Assembly: GCA_963724785.1 (NCBI GenBank)
Contig: CAVRWC010000012.1
Span: 5,056-69,055 of the forward strand
Source of the DNA: an uncultured Alphaproteobacteria bacterium
GTDB lineage: Bacteria > Pseudomonadota > Alphaproteobacteria > Rhizobiales > Beijerinckiaceae
DNA length: 64,000 nt
Direction: 5' to 3'
The notes below the pieces were generated by a model that was given only the letters and a program-made list of their open reading frames with translations, searched no databases and was not told the DNA's origin. Position numbers and translations under genes: made by a program. Below are positions 22,014 to 32,196 of this stretch, piece by piece. Numbering within the stretch: position 1 is the first letter of the stretch; every line of letters begins with the position of its first letter.

Positions 22014-22117
22014 GGCCGGCATTATCCCCGCGCGTGGCGGGCCGGCAAGCGCGCCTTGCGGATCGGCCTCTCCGGCCTTACCGGTCACAGCTTCGCGAAA
22101 CGCTCCCGGAACCCCTG

Positions 22118-24307
22118 GTGGACCAAGCCCTCGACACGCCCGACCTCGCCGCCGCAAGGCGCTGGCGCGACCTCGATTTCCGTAAGGACATCAATGGGCT
22201 GCGTGCGCTTGCGGTCCTCGGGGTGGTCGCTTTCCATGCCGATCGGGCGCTTCTGCCGGGCGGCTTTGCCGGTGTCGACGTATTCTTCGTCATTTCCGGC
22301 TTTCTGATTTCGCGCATCATCTTGTCCGAATGCGCCGTCGGCCATTTCTCGCTTGCGATGTTCTACGCCAAGCGGGCCAAGCGCATCCTGCCCGCCCTGT
22401 TGCTCGTGGTCGCCGCGGTCTGGATCGTCGGCTGGTTCCGCGCCGCGCCGATCCAGTTCCGCGACATCGGCGGCGGCCTGCTCGGCAACTCTTATTTCAC
22501 CGTCAATTTCTGGCTCCTGCGGCTGGCGGGGGTCGGGGGCTATTTCGGCGCCGATTCGGCGACGAAACCGCTTCTTCACCTGTGGTCGCTGAGCATCGAG
22601 GAGCAGTTCTACCTCGTCTGGTCGGTCCTCGTGGCGGCGCTGCATCGCCTGACGCCGCGCCTGCTGCCCTTCGTCATCCTCGCAATCTTCGCTCTCGTCG
22701 TTCGGCTACTGCGTCATTTTGACGCCGGTCGATCCGATCGGCGCCTTCTATCTGCCGTGGACGCGGGCGTGGGAGCTGGCGCTCGGGGCGCTGGTCGCCT
22801 ATCGCGAAGTGTTCCTGCTCAGCCGCTGGCCCTATCCCTCGCGCGCCGCGGCCAATCTCGGCGCGGCGCTCGGCGTCGCGCTGATCGTCGGCGGCTATCT
22901 CTGGCTCAACGAGGCCACGCCGTTCCCCGGCTGGCGCGCAGCCATCCCGACCCTCGGCTGCGCGCTGGTGATCGCGAGCCCGCGCTCGCTGGTCGGCGAG
23001 GTCGCGCTCGGCAACCGGGTCGCGGGCTTCTTCGGCCTGATCTCCTATCCGCTCTATCTCTGGCACTGGCCGCTGTTCGCCTTCGCCCATACCTGGCCGG
23101 GCGTCATTCCGAGGACCGGCGTGATGTTTGCGCTCGCCGTTGCGGCGGTCGCGCTCGCCACGCTCACCTGGCGTTTCGTCGAGACGCCGGCGGCGTGCGC
23201 TCTTCCGCCGCCGTCCCTTCGCGCTCGCGCTCGGCCTCGTCGCGCTGCTGGCGGCGACCGGGAATCGTCGGCCGGGTGACCTACGATTCGAAGGGATTTC
23301 CCGGCCGCTTTCCGCCGCTCGTGACGCGGGTGTTCGACTTCAGCGTCAACGGCGCCGAAGGCGAGCGCCTGATGCAATGCTTCTATCAGCGCGACGACCG
23401 CGCCTATCCGCTCGACGAGGAGCGCCGGCGCGTCGCGCGGTTCTTCGAAGACCATCGCTGCGGGGTCGCCGCTGACCCGGCCAAGCCGACGATCCTGATC
23501 GTCGGCGATTCGCATGCGGCGCATCTTTTCGCCGGCCTGAACCGGACCTACGGCGACCGCGCCAACGTCATGGCGCTGGCGGCGGTGTTCTGCGTCCCGC
23601 TGGTCGAGACCGTCGCCATGGACGAGGGCGTCGCGGGAACGCCGCGCTGCCGGGCGATCAACGACTATATCTTCAAGCGGATCGGCGAGATCAGGCCGGA
23701 CGTGCTCGTCGTCGGCGGCTATTTCTCCCAGTACGACCACGAGGCGAACTGGCGCTATCCCGGCTTCCTCGACGCGATGGTCGCGGGCGCACGGAGGCTG
23801 CACGACGACGGCGTTCCCTCGATCGTGATCGCGGGCGAAGTTCCGACCTGGGCGCCGGTGCTGCCGATCCTGGTCGGGCGCGACCTTCTCGAAACGGGCG
23901 CGGCGCCGGAGTTCTCCCGCGTCGGCGTCCGCCCGGATTCGCTCGAGACCGACAGGACGCTCGCCGCAAAAGACTGGGGCCCGGGCGTCGTCTACGTGTC
24001 GCAGGCGGACAAGCTGTGCGGCGCCCAGGGATGCCGGCGGCTCGTCGGCCCCAACCTGCCCGACGACCTGCTGGCGGTCGATTACGGCCACTACAGCCTC
24101 GAGGGGTCGATCTTCGCGGTCAAGACCATCCTCGCGCCGGCGATCGACGCGGCGCTCGAGCAAGGCGCGGCCGGCGCGATAGGCGAGCAGACGCTCAGCC
24201 GACCGGGGCGGACTGGGGCAGCAGCGCGCGACCGCAGCACGGGTTCGGCGCGCGGCAGCCGCACCGCCGCGAGCACGTCCGAATCGATCGGCTGCTCGTC
24301 CGCGTAG
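22118..24307 (+). CDS. Acyltransferase-3 + SGNH domain O-acyltransferase (OafA-like; frameshifted)
   Basis: FRKDINGLRALAV..GGFAGVDVFFVISGFLI..LLHLWSLSIEEQFY..ISYPLYLWHWP..VGDSHAAH..D.GH; 3' end may be ~24183. Confidence 0.85.
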   Translation: MDQALDTPDLAAARRWRDLDFRKDINGLRALAVLGVVAFHADRALLPGGFAGVDVFFVISGFLISRIILSECAVGHFSLAMFYAKRAKRILPALLLVVAAVWIVGWFRAAPIQFRDIGGGLLGNSYFTVNFWLLRLAGVGGYFGADSATKPLLHLWSLSIEEQFYLVWSVLVAALHRLTPRLLPFVILAIFALVVRLLRHFDAGRSDRRLLSAVDAGVGAGARGAGRLSRSVPAQPLALSLARRGQSRRGARRRADRRRLSLAQRGHAVPRLARSHPDPRLRAGDREPALAGRRGRARQPGRGLLRPDLLSALSLALAAVRLRPYLAGRHSEDRRDVCARRCGGRARHAHLAFRRDAGGVRSSAAVPSRSRSASSRCWRRPGIVGRVTYDSKGFPGRFPPLVTRVFDFSVNGAEGERLMQCFYQRDDRAYPLDEERRRVARFFEDHRCGVAADPAKPTILIVGDSHAAHLFAGLNRTYGDRANVMALAAVFCVPLVETVAMDEGVAGTPRCRAINDYIFKRIGEIRPDVLVVGGYFSQYDHEANWRYPGFLDAMVAGARRLHDDGVPSIVIAGEVPTWAPVLPILVGRDLLETGAAPEFSRVGVRPDSLETDRTLAAKDWGPGVVYVSQADKLCGAQGCRRLVGPNLPDDLLAVDYGHYSLEGSIFAVKTILAPAIDAALEQGAAGAIGEQTLSRPGRTGAAARDRSTGSARGSRTAASTSESIGCSSA

Positions 24308-24809
24308 TCCTGCAGGCGCAGGAGCGACAGCCATCCGCCGGTCTCCGGCGTCCTGCGGACCGAAATCGTCGAAGGCGAGGAATTCGAGGTCGGCGACGCC
24401 GGCGGCTTCCTTGACCCAAAGGGCCGAGGCGAGCTGGATCGCGTCGATCAGCGACAGGAACCGCGGCTGTTCGCCGGCGCGGCGCAGCGCCGGCGGGCCG
24501 TTGCCATTTCACGTCCCGCAGCCGCGCCGCGCGCAGCATGGTGTTCGGGTCGGGGGTCACGAAGGTCGCGATCGAGCGGAGATAGCGGGTGAAGTCGGCG
24601 AGCGCGGAAAACCGGCCGGCGACGAAGGCCGACGGCCTCAGTTCGGCGAACAGGATGCTGTTGGCCCAGATCCGGCGCTTGCCGGTCGCGGCCTCGGTCA
24701 GGATCGTCTCGATATCCGATTCCGCCTCGCCCGAGCGGCCGCTCGCGTGCCGGAGCAGCACATTCATGTGCAGGAAATGTCTATCGCTTGTCGAGATGAT
24801 CGAGCCCAT
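24195..24809 (-). CDS. PIN-domain-like protein (frameshifted)
   Basis: HFLHMNVLL..NSILFAEL..AARLRD..LSLIDAIQLASAL..FLAFDD follows PIN motif spacing; first catalytic Asp position is His. Confidence 0.55.
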   Translation of the reverse strand: MGSIISTSDRHFLHMNVLLRHASGRSGEAESDIETILTEAATGKRRIWANSILFAELRPSAFVAGRFSALADFTRYLRSIATFVTPDPNTMLRAARLRDVKWQRPAGAAPRRRTAAVPVADRRDPARLGPLGQGSRRRRRPRIPRLRRFRSAGRRRPADGCRSCACRTTRTSSRSIRTCSRRCGCRAPNPCCGRALLPQSAPVG

Positions 24810-25614
24810 CGTCCCAGTTCCCGACCCCAACCGGAGCCAATGCGTACCTGACGTCGATCGCCGCGCGTCGCCCGCGGCCGTTCCTCGATGGTCACGACCT
24901 CGACCCGCTCGGGCAGGGGACTGTCCCCCGTGTAGATCGCCCGCCCGGTGACCGAGACGTCCTTGTTGCCGAACGGGTTCAGCGCGTCCTCTCCCATCCC
25001 CTTGTCGAACACGCATTCGATCTGCGTTTCGCCGCCCGCGAGCGTCAGGCGCCCTCTCCGGGCCGCGCCCCGATAGTCGATAGCTTCCAGCCGGCCGTCG
25101 AACGACGAGATCGCGACGCCGGCGAACCACATGTCGGCCATGGGCCGCGCCTCGTTGGCGAGACCCACGCGATCGACCTGACGGCGGAAAAACTCGTCAA
25201 GCGGCAGCTCGGTGTCGTGATAGCGGACGACGACCGTGTAGGCCGGATTGAGGGCCGCGGCGACACGCTGGAACGCCCGCATGAGGCGGCGATGCCGTAG
25301 CAGAATCTGGTAGTCGCTTCGATATACGCGTCCCGCGCAACGCCGGAACAGGGCGATCGACGGCGCGCCGTCGGAACCGGACGCCTGCGCGTTTTCGACC
25401 ACGCCGAATTCGCACGGACTGACCGAGAGATGCGCGATCACGAATGCGCTCGACACGCTCTTGGCGTGGATTTCCCGGTCGGCGGCGACCAGCGCTCCCA
25501 GCACGGCGTCGAACAGTTTCTTGTAGAACGCGGCCGGACACGGCGTCGGCCTGCGATCGCCGCCGGCTTCGGCTGGATGACGACGCGAATCTCGTTTCTT
25601 CCGATGGCTCCCAT
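24781..25614 (-). CDS. Hypothetical protein overlapping the PIN-like gene start (frameshifted)
   Basis: About 270 aa over frames; beta-rich C-terminus (SFDGRLEAIDY..IECVF..VSVTGRAIY..PERVEV). Confidence 0.6.
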
Positions 25615-25874
25615 GGCGGTGGCCTCAGACCAGGCCTCTCCTTATCACGCCGGGCGGCGCCCCGACAGGCGACGAATCGCCGCTTCCCCCGCAGCGGTCC
25701 CATGTTTCCTCGCCGCCCCTTTCACGCTAGAGCGAGGTGCGGCCGCCTCGCATCTCGTTCTGAACTCTGTGAAAAGCGCCGGGTCTTGCCGAAAGCCGGC
25801 GTTGCCCTTTTCCGAAGCGAGGGCGGTCGAGGCCAAATCCCGGCGTTTGCGGGCGATGGAGACTTGAGAGACCC

Positions 25875-26938
25875 ATGCGGGTTCTGGGCATCGAGACCAC
25901 CTGTGACGAGACGGCCGCCGCAGTCGTTCGGCTGACGCCGGAGGGTCAGGGCGAAATCCTCGCCGACGAAGTGATGAGCCAGATCGCCGCGCATGCGGCC
26001 TATGGCGGCGTCGTGCCGGAGATCGCGGCGCGCGCCCATGTCGAGATCGTCGACATGCTGATCGCCCGCGCGCTCGCCAAGGCGGGAATCGCCGCGAGAG
26101 ACCTCGACGGCGTCGCGGCGGCCGCTGGACCGGGCCTGATCGGCGGCGTCCTGGTCGGGCTGATGGCGGGCAAGGGGATCGCGCTCGCGACCGGCAAGCC
26201 GCTGATCGCGGTCAACCATCTCGAGGCGCACGCCCTGACGGCGCGTCTCACGGCCGGCGTCGCCTTTCCCTACCTGATCTTGCTGGCCTCGGGCGGCCAC
26301 ACCCAGATCCTCGCGGTGAAGGGCGTCGGCGACTACGATGCGGCTCGGCGCGACCCTGGACGACGCGATCGGCGAGGCGTTCGACAAGACCGCCAAGCTC
26401 CTCGGCCTGCCCTATCCGGGCGGGCCTGCGGTCGAGCATGCGGCGCGGACCGGCGATCCCGAGCGCTTCCCGCTGCCGCGCCCGATGATCGGCCGGCCGA
26501 ACGCCGATTTCTCGCTTTCCGGTCTCAAGACGGCGGTCCGGCTCGCCGCCGAGCAGGCCGCGCCGCTCACCGCCCAGGACGTCGCCGACCTCTCCGCGTC
26601 GTTCCAGGCTGCGGTCGTCGACGTGGTCGAGGATCGGATGCGGGTCGGACTCAAGCGTTTTCGCGAGCGGCTCGGCGTTGCCCCGCGGGCGGTGGTGGTC
26701 GCCGGAGGCGTCGCGGCCAATCTCGCGATCCGCGGCGCGCTGGCGCGCTTCTGCGCCGAGGCGGGCCTTCCGATGGTCGCGCCGCCGCAGAGGCTATGCA
26801 CCGACAACGGCGCGATGATCGCCTGGGCGGGCATCGAGCGGCTTGCGGCTCGGCCGCGTCGACCCGCTCGACGTCGCGGCCCGCCCGCGCTGGCCGCTCG
26901 ATCCGAAATCGGAGCGGGCGCTCAACAACAAGGCGTGA
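25875..26938 (+). CDS. tsaD: tRNA N6-adenosine threonylcarbamoyltransferase (apparent indel errors)
   Basis: [63 protein letters not shown]. Confidence 0.95.
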
Positions 26939-26947
26939 CGGACGGCG

Positions 26948-27199
26948 TTACTGGTCGCTCGGCTGCGGCGACGGATGCTGGTTCTGGGCCGCCGCGTTCT
27001 CCTTTTCCTTTTCGGACGCCATGTGGTGTCCGACGATGCACCCGCCCACCGCGCCGATAACGCCGTGATGGCCCGCGTAATGGCCGGCCACTCCGCCGAC
27101 AACCGCGCCTTTGAGGCAGCCCTTGGCTTCGGCGGGAACGGAACCGGCGGCGACGGAAAACGCCATAGCGACGGCGGCGGCGAAAACGGCGGATTTCAT
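26948..27199 (-). CDS. Small secreted glycine-zipper-like protein
   Basis: Signal peptide then [35 protein letters not shown]; AGGAG RBS. Confidence 0.75.
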   Translation of the reverse strand: MKSAVFAAAVAMAFSVAAGSVPAEAKGCLKGAVVGGVAGHYAGHHGVIGAVGGCIVGHHMASEKEKENAAAQNQHPSPQPSDQ

Positions 27200-27226
27200 G
27201 GGGGTTCTCCTTAAACTCAATTAGGT

Positions 27227-27251
27227 AACCTTCTCGAGAGCGCAAGGTTCC
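27227..27251 (-). promoter_or_regulatory. EcfG/sigmaT-type promoter
   Basis: GGAAC-N16-GGTT upstream of the small protein gene. Confidence 0.55.
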
Positions 27252-27459
27252 TCAAGTCTTTGGCGCCGCCGCCCCCTTGGTGGACTTGCAGAGGCGATTG
27301 GCGTCGCCTTCGAAGGCGGATTCTCGCCGGCGATTGCAATTCGGCCTTGCGGCGCCTATAAGAAGGCATCCCCCTTAGTTTTGTCTTTTGAGGCTGCGCC
27401 TCCTTCGGGCCAGACACCGAACCCGCGCGGCCGATCGATCGTGAAGGAGCAAGCCGACA

Positions 27460-28261
27460 ATGAGCGACACGCCGCTGATGCCGAAGGCGACCGCCGTCTG
27501 GCTGGTCGAAAACACCTCCCTGACCTTCGACCAGATCGCGGAATTCTGCAAACTGCATCCGCTCGAGGTCAAAGGCATCGCCGACGGCGAGGTGGCGACC
27601 GGCATCAAGGGCTACGACCCGATCTCGACCGGCCAGCTCACCCGCGAGGAGATCGCCAAGGCGGAGGGCAATCCGGAACTCCGCCTGCATCTTTCCGTCT
27701 CGAAGGTCCGCACGCCGGAGTTCAAGAAACCGCGCGGCGCCCGCTACACCCCATTGTCGCGCCGGCAGGACCGGCCGAACGCCGTCCTGTGGCTCCTGCG
27801 CAATCACGGCGAGCTCAAGGACGCGCAGATCATGCGCCTCGTCGGCACCACCAAGCACACGCTGCAGGCGATCCGCGAGCGCACCCACTGGAACTCGGCC
27901 AATCTTCAGCCGATGGACCCGGTGACGCTGGGCCTTTGCTCGCAGATCGACCTCGACTTCGAGGTCAACCGGGCCGCCAAGGACCGTCCGAAAGTCGAGG
28001 AGCCCGGCGGGCAGACGCTGGTGTCGGCCGAGATCACCACGGCCAAGCCCGCCCAGCCCTCCCCGTCGAGCCAGCTCGAAGTGTTCGGCGCGCCGAAGCC
28101 GAAGCCCGTCGAGGAGCGCATCGACGTCAATGCGGTGTTCGGCAAGCCCAAGGCGCCGCACGTCGAGGACAAGCAGCCGCCTGCGGAGGACGAGGCAGCA
28201 CGCGAGCAGCGAGCACGAGGCGCCGGGCGTCGAGGACAAGGAGCCGCACATCGAGGAGTAG
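27460..28261 (+). CDS. trcR: DUF1013 family (TrcR-like) regulator
   Basis: PLMPKATAVWLVENTSLTFDQIAEFCKLHPLEVKGIADGEVA..YTPLSRRQDRPNA..THWNSANLQPMDPV; true stop probably TAG 28259-28261. Confidence 0.88.
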
Positions 28262-28324
28262 ACGCGCAGCGCCGAAGGACGGCGCCGGCCTCAGCCCCAG
28301 ACGGCGGCGGAGCGATGCGGCGCG

Positions 28325-29633
28325 CTATTCCGCCGCCTTGACCGCCGGATTGTTCGGGTGGGCGGTCCACGCGAGCGGCGGCCGGTCGTAAGGCAGGCCG
28401 GTGCGCGGATCGACGCCTTCGGTCTTGTGGTCGAGGCTGATGCAGCCCTCGACCGGGCAGACGAGCGCGCACAGGTTGCAGCCGACGCATTCGGCCTCGT
28501 TGACCTCGAATGTCCGTCCGCCGTCGAACTTGGCGAAAATCGCCTGATGCGACGTGTCCTCGCACACGATGTGGCAGCGGCCGCATTTGATGCAGAGGTT
28601 CTGGTCGATCCGCGCCTTGACGACGAAGTTCAGGTTCAGGTGCTGCCAGTCGGTGATCGAGCGCACCGCCCGGCCGCGGAAATCCTCGATCGAGGCGAAA
28701 CCCTTGCGGTCCATGTAGGCGCTGAGGCCCGACGTCAATCTCCTCGACGATCTTGAAGCCGTAGGTCATCGCCGCGGTGCAGACCTGCACCGTGCCGGCC
28801 CCGAGCGCGATGTATTCGGCGGCGTCGCGCCAGGTGGTGACGCCGCCGATCGCCGAGATCGGCAGGCCGACCGTCGCGGGATCGCGGGCGATCTCCGCCA
28901 CCATGGCGAGCGCGATCGGCTTCACCGCCGGGCCGCACATGCCGCCGTGGGTTCCGCGGCCGTCGATCGCGTCGGCCGGCGTCATCGCGTCGAGGTCGAT
29001 CGCCATGATCGAATTGATGGTGTTGATCAGCGACACCGCGTCGGCGCCGCCCCTCCTCGCCGCCCGCGCGGGCTGGCGGATGTCGGAGATGTTCGGCGTC
29101 AGCTTGACGATCACCGGCATGCGGGTATGCGCCTTGCACCAGCGCGCGACCATTTCGACGTACTCGGGCACCTGCCCGACCGCCGAGCCCATGCCGCGCT
29201 CCGACATGCCGTGCGGACAGCCGAAGTTGAGTTCGACGCCGTCGCACTCGGTCTCCTCGACCCGGGCAAGGATCGCCTTCCACGAGTCTTCGTCGCACGG
29301 CACCATCAGGGAGACGACCAGCGCCCGGTCCGGCCACGCGCGCTTGACCTCCTTGATCTCACGCAAGTTGATCTCGAGGTCGCGGTCGGTGATCAGCTCG
29401 ATGTTGTTGAGCGCCAGCACGCGGCGGTCCGGCCCGTGGATCGCGCCGTAGCGCGCGCCCGAGACGTTGACGACCGGCGGCCCCGCCTCGCCGAGCGTCT
29501 TCCACACCACGCCGCCCCAGCCGGCGCGGAAGGCGCGCTCGACATTGACTTTGCGGTCGGTCGGCGGCGCCGAGGCGAGCCAGAACGGATTGGGCGACTT
29601 GATGCCGAGAAAGTCGGTGCTGAGATCGGCCAT
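28325..29633 (-). CDS. preA: NAD-dependent dihydropyrimidine dehydrogenase subunit PreA (frameshift ~28740)
   Basis: NPFWLASAPPTD, LNNIELITDR, ELNFGCPHGMSERGMG, C-terminal CxxCxxC ferredoxin motifs. Confidence 0.93.
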
Positions 29634-29652
29634 GGGCCCTCGCTATCCAGGT

Positions 29653-31020
29653 TCAGGCGGCGGCGACGCCGAGCGCGGCGATGATGGAGCGGGCGGCCTG
29701 CTTGCCGTCCTCGACGGCGGCGACCGTCAGGTCCTCGCCGCCGAGCACGCAGTCGCCGCCGGCCCATACGCCGGCGAGGCTGGTGCGCCGCTCGGCGTCG
29801 ACCAGGATGCGGCCGGCCTTGAGCGCGATCGGCGCGCCGTCGAGCGCATCCGGCGCGTGGCGCTGGCCGATCGCGGTGAACAGCATGTCGGCCTCGATGC
29901 GGAACACCGAGCCCGGCCTCGGCAGCACGCCCTCGTGCTCGTGGGTGTCCTCGAACAGCACGCCGCTGAACACGCCCGCATGGCCCTCGATCGCCACCGG
30001 CCGCGCCCAGGTCCGGATGACGACTCCGTTGGTCTGCGCAAGCGCGCGCTCGAACGGGCTGGCCTTCATGTTCTCCTCGCCGCGCCGGTAGACGATCGTG
30101 ACGCTCTGGGCGCCGAGCTTCTTCGACTGCACGGCGATGTCGATCGCCGTCATGCCGCCGCCGATGACGACGACCCGCCGCCCGACCGGCATGGCGGTCT
30201 TGTCCTCCGCCTGACGCAGGACGGCGATGTAGGCGACCGCGTCGACGACGTTCTCGAGGTCGGTCTCGCCGGGCAGGCCGAGTTTGTTGGTCGCGCCGAG
30301 CCCCATGCCGAGAAACACCGCGTCGTAATCGCGCCGGAGCTCATCGAGCTTGACGTGCTCGCCGAGCGCGACGCCGTATTGCGTTTCGATCCCGCCGATC
30401 GACAGGATGAAGGCCGCCTCCCTGGCGGCGAAATCGTCGACCGTCTTGTAGGCGGCGATGCCGTATTCGTTGAGCCCGCCCGGCTTGCCCCGCGCCTCGA
30501 AGATGGTGGCGTCCACGCCCGCGACCGCGAGCGCGTGGGCGCAGGCGAGTCCCGCCGGCCCCGCGCCGACGATCGCCGCCCGCTTGCCGGTCGGCGCCGC
30601 GCGGGTGAAGGGCGAGCGGCCGGTCTCGATCACCGCGTCGGTGGCGTAGCGTTGCAGGAGCCCGATTCGGACCGGCTTGCCTTCGGCGGCCTCGCGCACG
30701 CAGGCCTCCTCGCACAAGGTCTCGGTCGGGCAGACGCGGGCGCACATGCCGCCCAGAATGTTGGCGTCGAAGATCGTCTTGGCCGCGCCCGTCCGATTGT
30801 CGGCGGCGACCTGGCGGATGAACATCGGAATGTCGATCGAGGTCGGGCAGGCCTGCTGGCACGGGGCGTCGAAGCAGAAATAGCAGCGCTCCGCCTCGAC
30901 CCTGGCCTCGTGCAGGCTCAGCGGCGGGTGGAGGTCGCTGAAATTCGCGTCGATGGTCTTGCGGTCGAGCCGCCCGGCAGCGACGTCGGACAGTCCTTGA
31001 GAGCGGGCGGCGATCGTCAT
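29653..31020 (-). CDS. preT: Dihydropyrimidine dehydrogenase subunit PreT
   Basis: RCYFCFDAPCQQACPT, CARVCPTE.LCE, GAGPAG, GGGMTAID, AGGDC; directly upstream of preA. Confidence 0.9.
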   Translation of the reverse strand: MTIAARSQGLSDVAAGRLDRKTIDANFSDLHPPLSLHEARVEAERCYFCFDAPCQQACPTSIDIPMFIRQVAADNRTGAAKTIFDANILGGMCARVCPTETLCEEACVREAAEGKPVRIGLLQRYATDAVIETGRSPFTRAAPTGKRAAIVGAGPAGLACAHALAVAGVDATIFEARGKPGGLNEYGIAAYKTVDDFAAREAAFILSIGGIETQYGVALGEHVKLDELRRDYDAVFLGMGLGATNKLGLPGETDLENVVDAVAYIAVLRQAEDKTAMPVGRRVVVIGGGMTAIDIAVQSKKLGAQSVTIVYRRGEENMKASPFERALAQTNGVVIRTWARPVAIEGHAGVFSGVLFEDTHEHEGVLPRPGSVFRIEADMLFTAIGQRHAPDALDGAPIALKAGRILVDAERRTSLAGVWAGGDCVLGGEDLTVAAVEDGKQAARSIIAALGVAAA

Positions 31021-31060
31021 GGCGTCTCCCATTGGGCCGCGCCGGCGGCCGGGGATAATC

Positions 31061-31076
31061 TTGACCGAATGGTCAA
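31061..31076. promoter_or_regulatory. RutR-type operator upstream of preTA
   Basis: Palindrome TTGACCGAATGGTCAA resembling the RutR consensus TTGACCAnnTGGTCAA. Confidence 0.72.
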
Positions 31077-31275
31077 GTCTTTCGTGGCGCGCGGCGTCTG
31101 TCAAGCGTCCGTCATGATAGGGCGCCTGCGCACCATTGTCGCAGCGCCCGGCATAGGCGGCTGCGGCGTTCGCGCATTTTGTGCGGCTGCCTGATTCGCA
31201 CCCGGCGCCAAGGGCTGCGGCCGAACGCCGCCGGGTTGTGGCGGAGCCCCTGCGACTTGGTAAAGCCGCGTTGCC

Positions 31276-32100
31276 CTACTCCGTGTCCGCGAACCTCGGC
31301 GGCCGTTTCTCCACCCCCGCGCGGATCGCCTCGATCTGATTCGGCGCGCCGATGATCTTCGCCTGCTCGCGCAATTCGGCGATCAGGATCGCGGCCGTAT
31401 CGAGGTCGGCCGTGGCGTTGAGCAGGCGCTTCAGCGCGCGCACCGCGTCGGGGCTCCTTTCCGCGATCTCGCGCGCGGTTCTCCGGGCCGCCTCGAGCGG
31501 CTCGGCGTGGAGGGCGGTGCCGAAGCCGTAGCGGACCGCTTCCTCGCCAGAGAACTGCCGGCCGGTGAAGGCGAGCTCGCGGATCACGTCGCCGCGCGCC
31601 AGCTCCCGCATCAGCGCGACGCCGCCCATATCGGGCACGAGGCCCCATTTGATCTCGAGAATGGAGAGCTTCGCGTCGGGCGCGAGGTAGCGAATATCGG
31701 CGCCGAGCGCCACCTGGAAGCCGCCGCCGAACGCGACCCCGTGCACCGCCGCGATCACCGGCACGGGAACCTCGCGCCAGACGAACGCCGCGGCTTGCGC
31801 CAGATTGGCGATCCCGTGGGTGCGCGCGGCAAGGTCGGCCATGAGCCCGTCACCCCGACCGGCGGCGATCGCGGCGAAGCTCTCCATGTCGAGGCCCGCC
31901 GAAAAGCCGCGGCCCGCGCCGTAGAGCACGGCCGCGCGCAGCCCATTGAGGCGCTTCAGCCGCTCGCCGGCCTCGACCAGCGCCGAAAACATCGCCGGAT
32001 CGAGGGCGTTGAGCTTGTCCGGCCGGTTGAGGCGCACCTCGACGACGCCCTCGGCGAAGGTCAGAACCACCCGGCCCGCAATCGTCTCGCCTTCGATCAT
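31276..32100 (-). CDS. Crotonase/enoyl-CoA hydratase family protein
   Basis: LNRPDKLNALD, FSAGLD, PVIAAVHGVAFGGG, KWGLVPDMGG. Confidence 0.92.
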   Translation of the reverse strand: MIEGETIAGRVVLTFAEGVVEVRLNRPDKLNALDPAMFSALVEAGERLKRLNGLRAAVLYGAGRGFSAGLDMESFAAIAAGRGDGLMADLAARTHGIANLAQAAAFVWREVPVPVIAAVHGVAFGGGFQVALGADIRYLAPDAKLSILEIKWGLVPDMGGVALMRELARGDVIRELAFTGRQFSGEEAVRYGFGTALHAEPLEAARRTAREIAERSPDAVRALKRLLNATADLDTAAILIAELREQAKIIGAPNQIEAIRAGVEKRPPRFADTE

Positions 32101-32196
32101 CGCTCTCTCCCATGCCGCAGGGCAATTCGACCCCTCGGCCTGACAGGGATCAAGCAAATTCGCGGCGCTTCTTTCCAGGGAGAAGGGAGCGCCCGC

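Noticed and set aside
20532-22157. HemD-COG4223 fusion ORF
   Set aside because: Chimeric frame produced by indels; both genes have separate starts and stops
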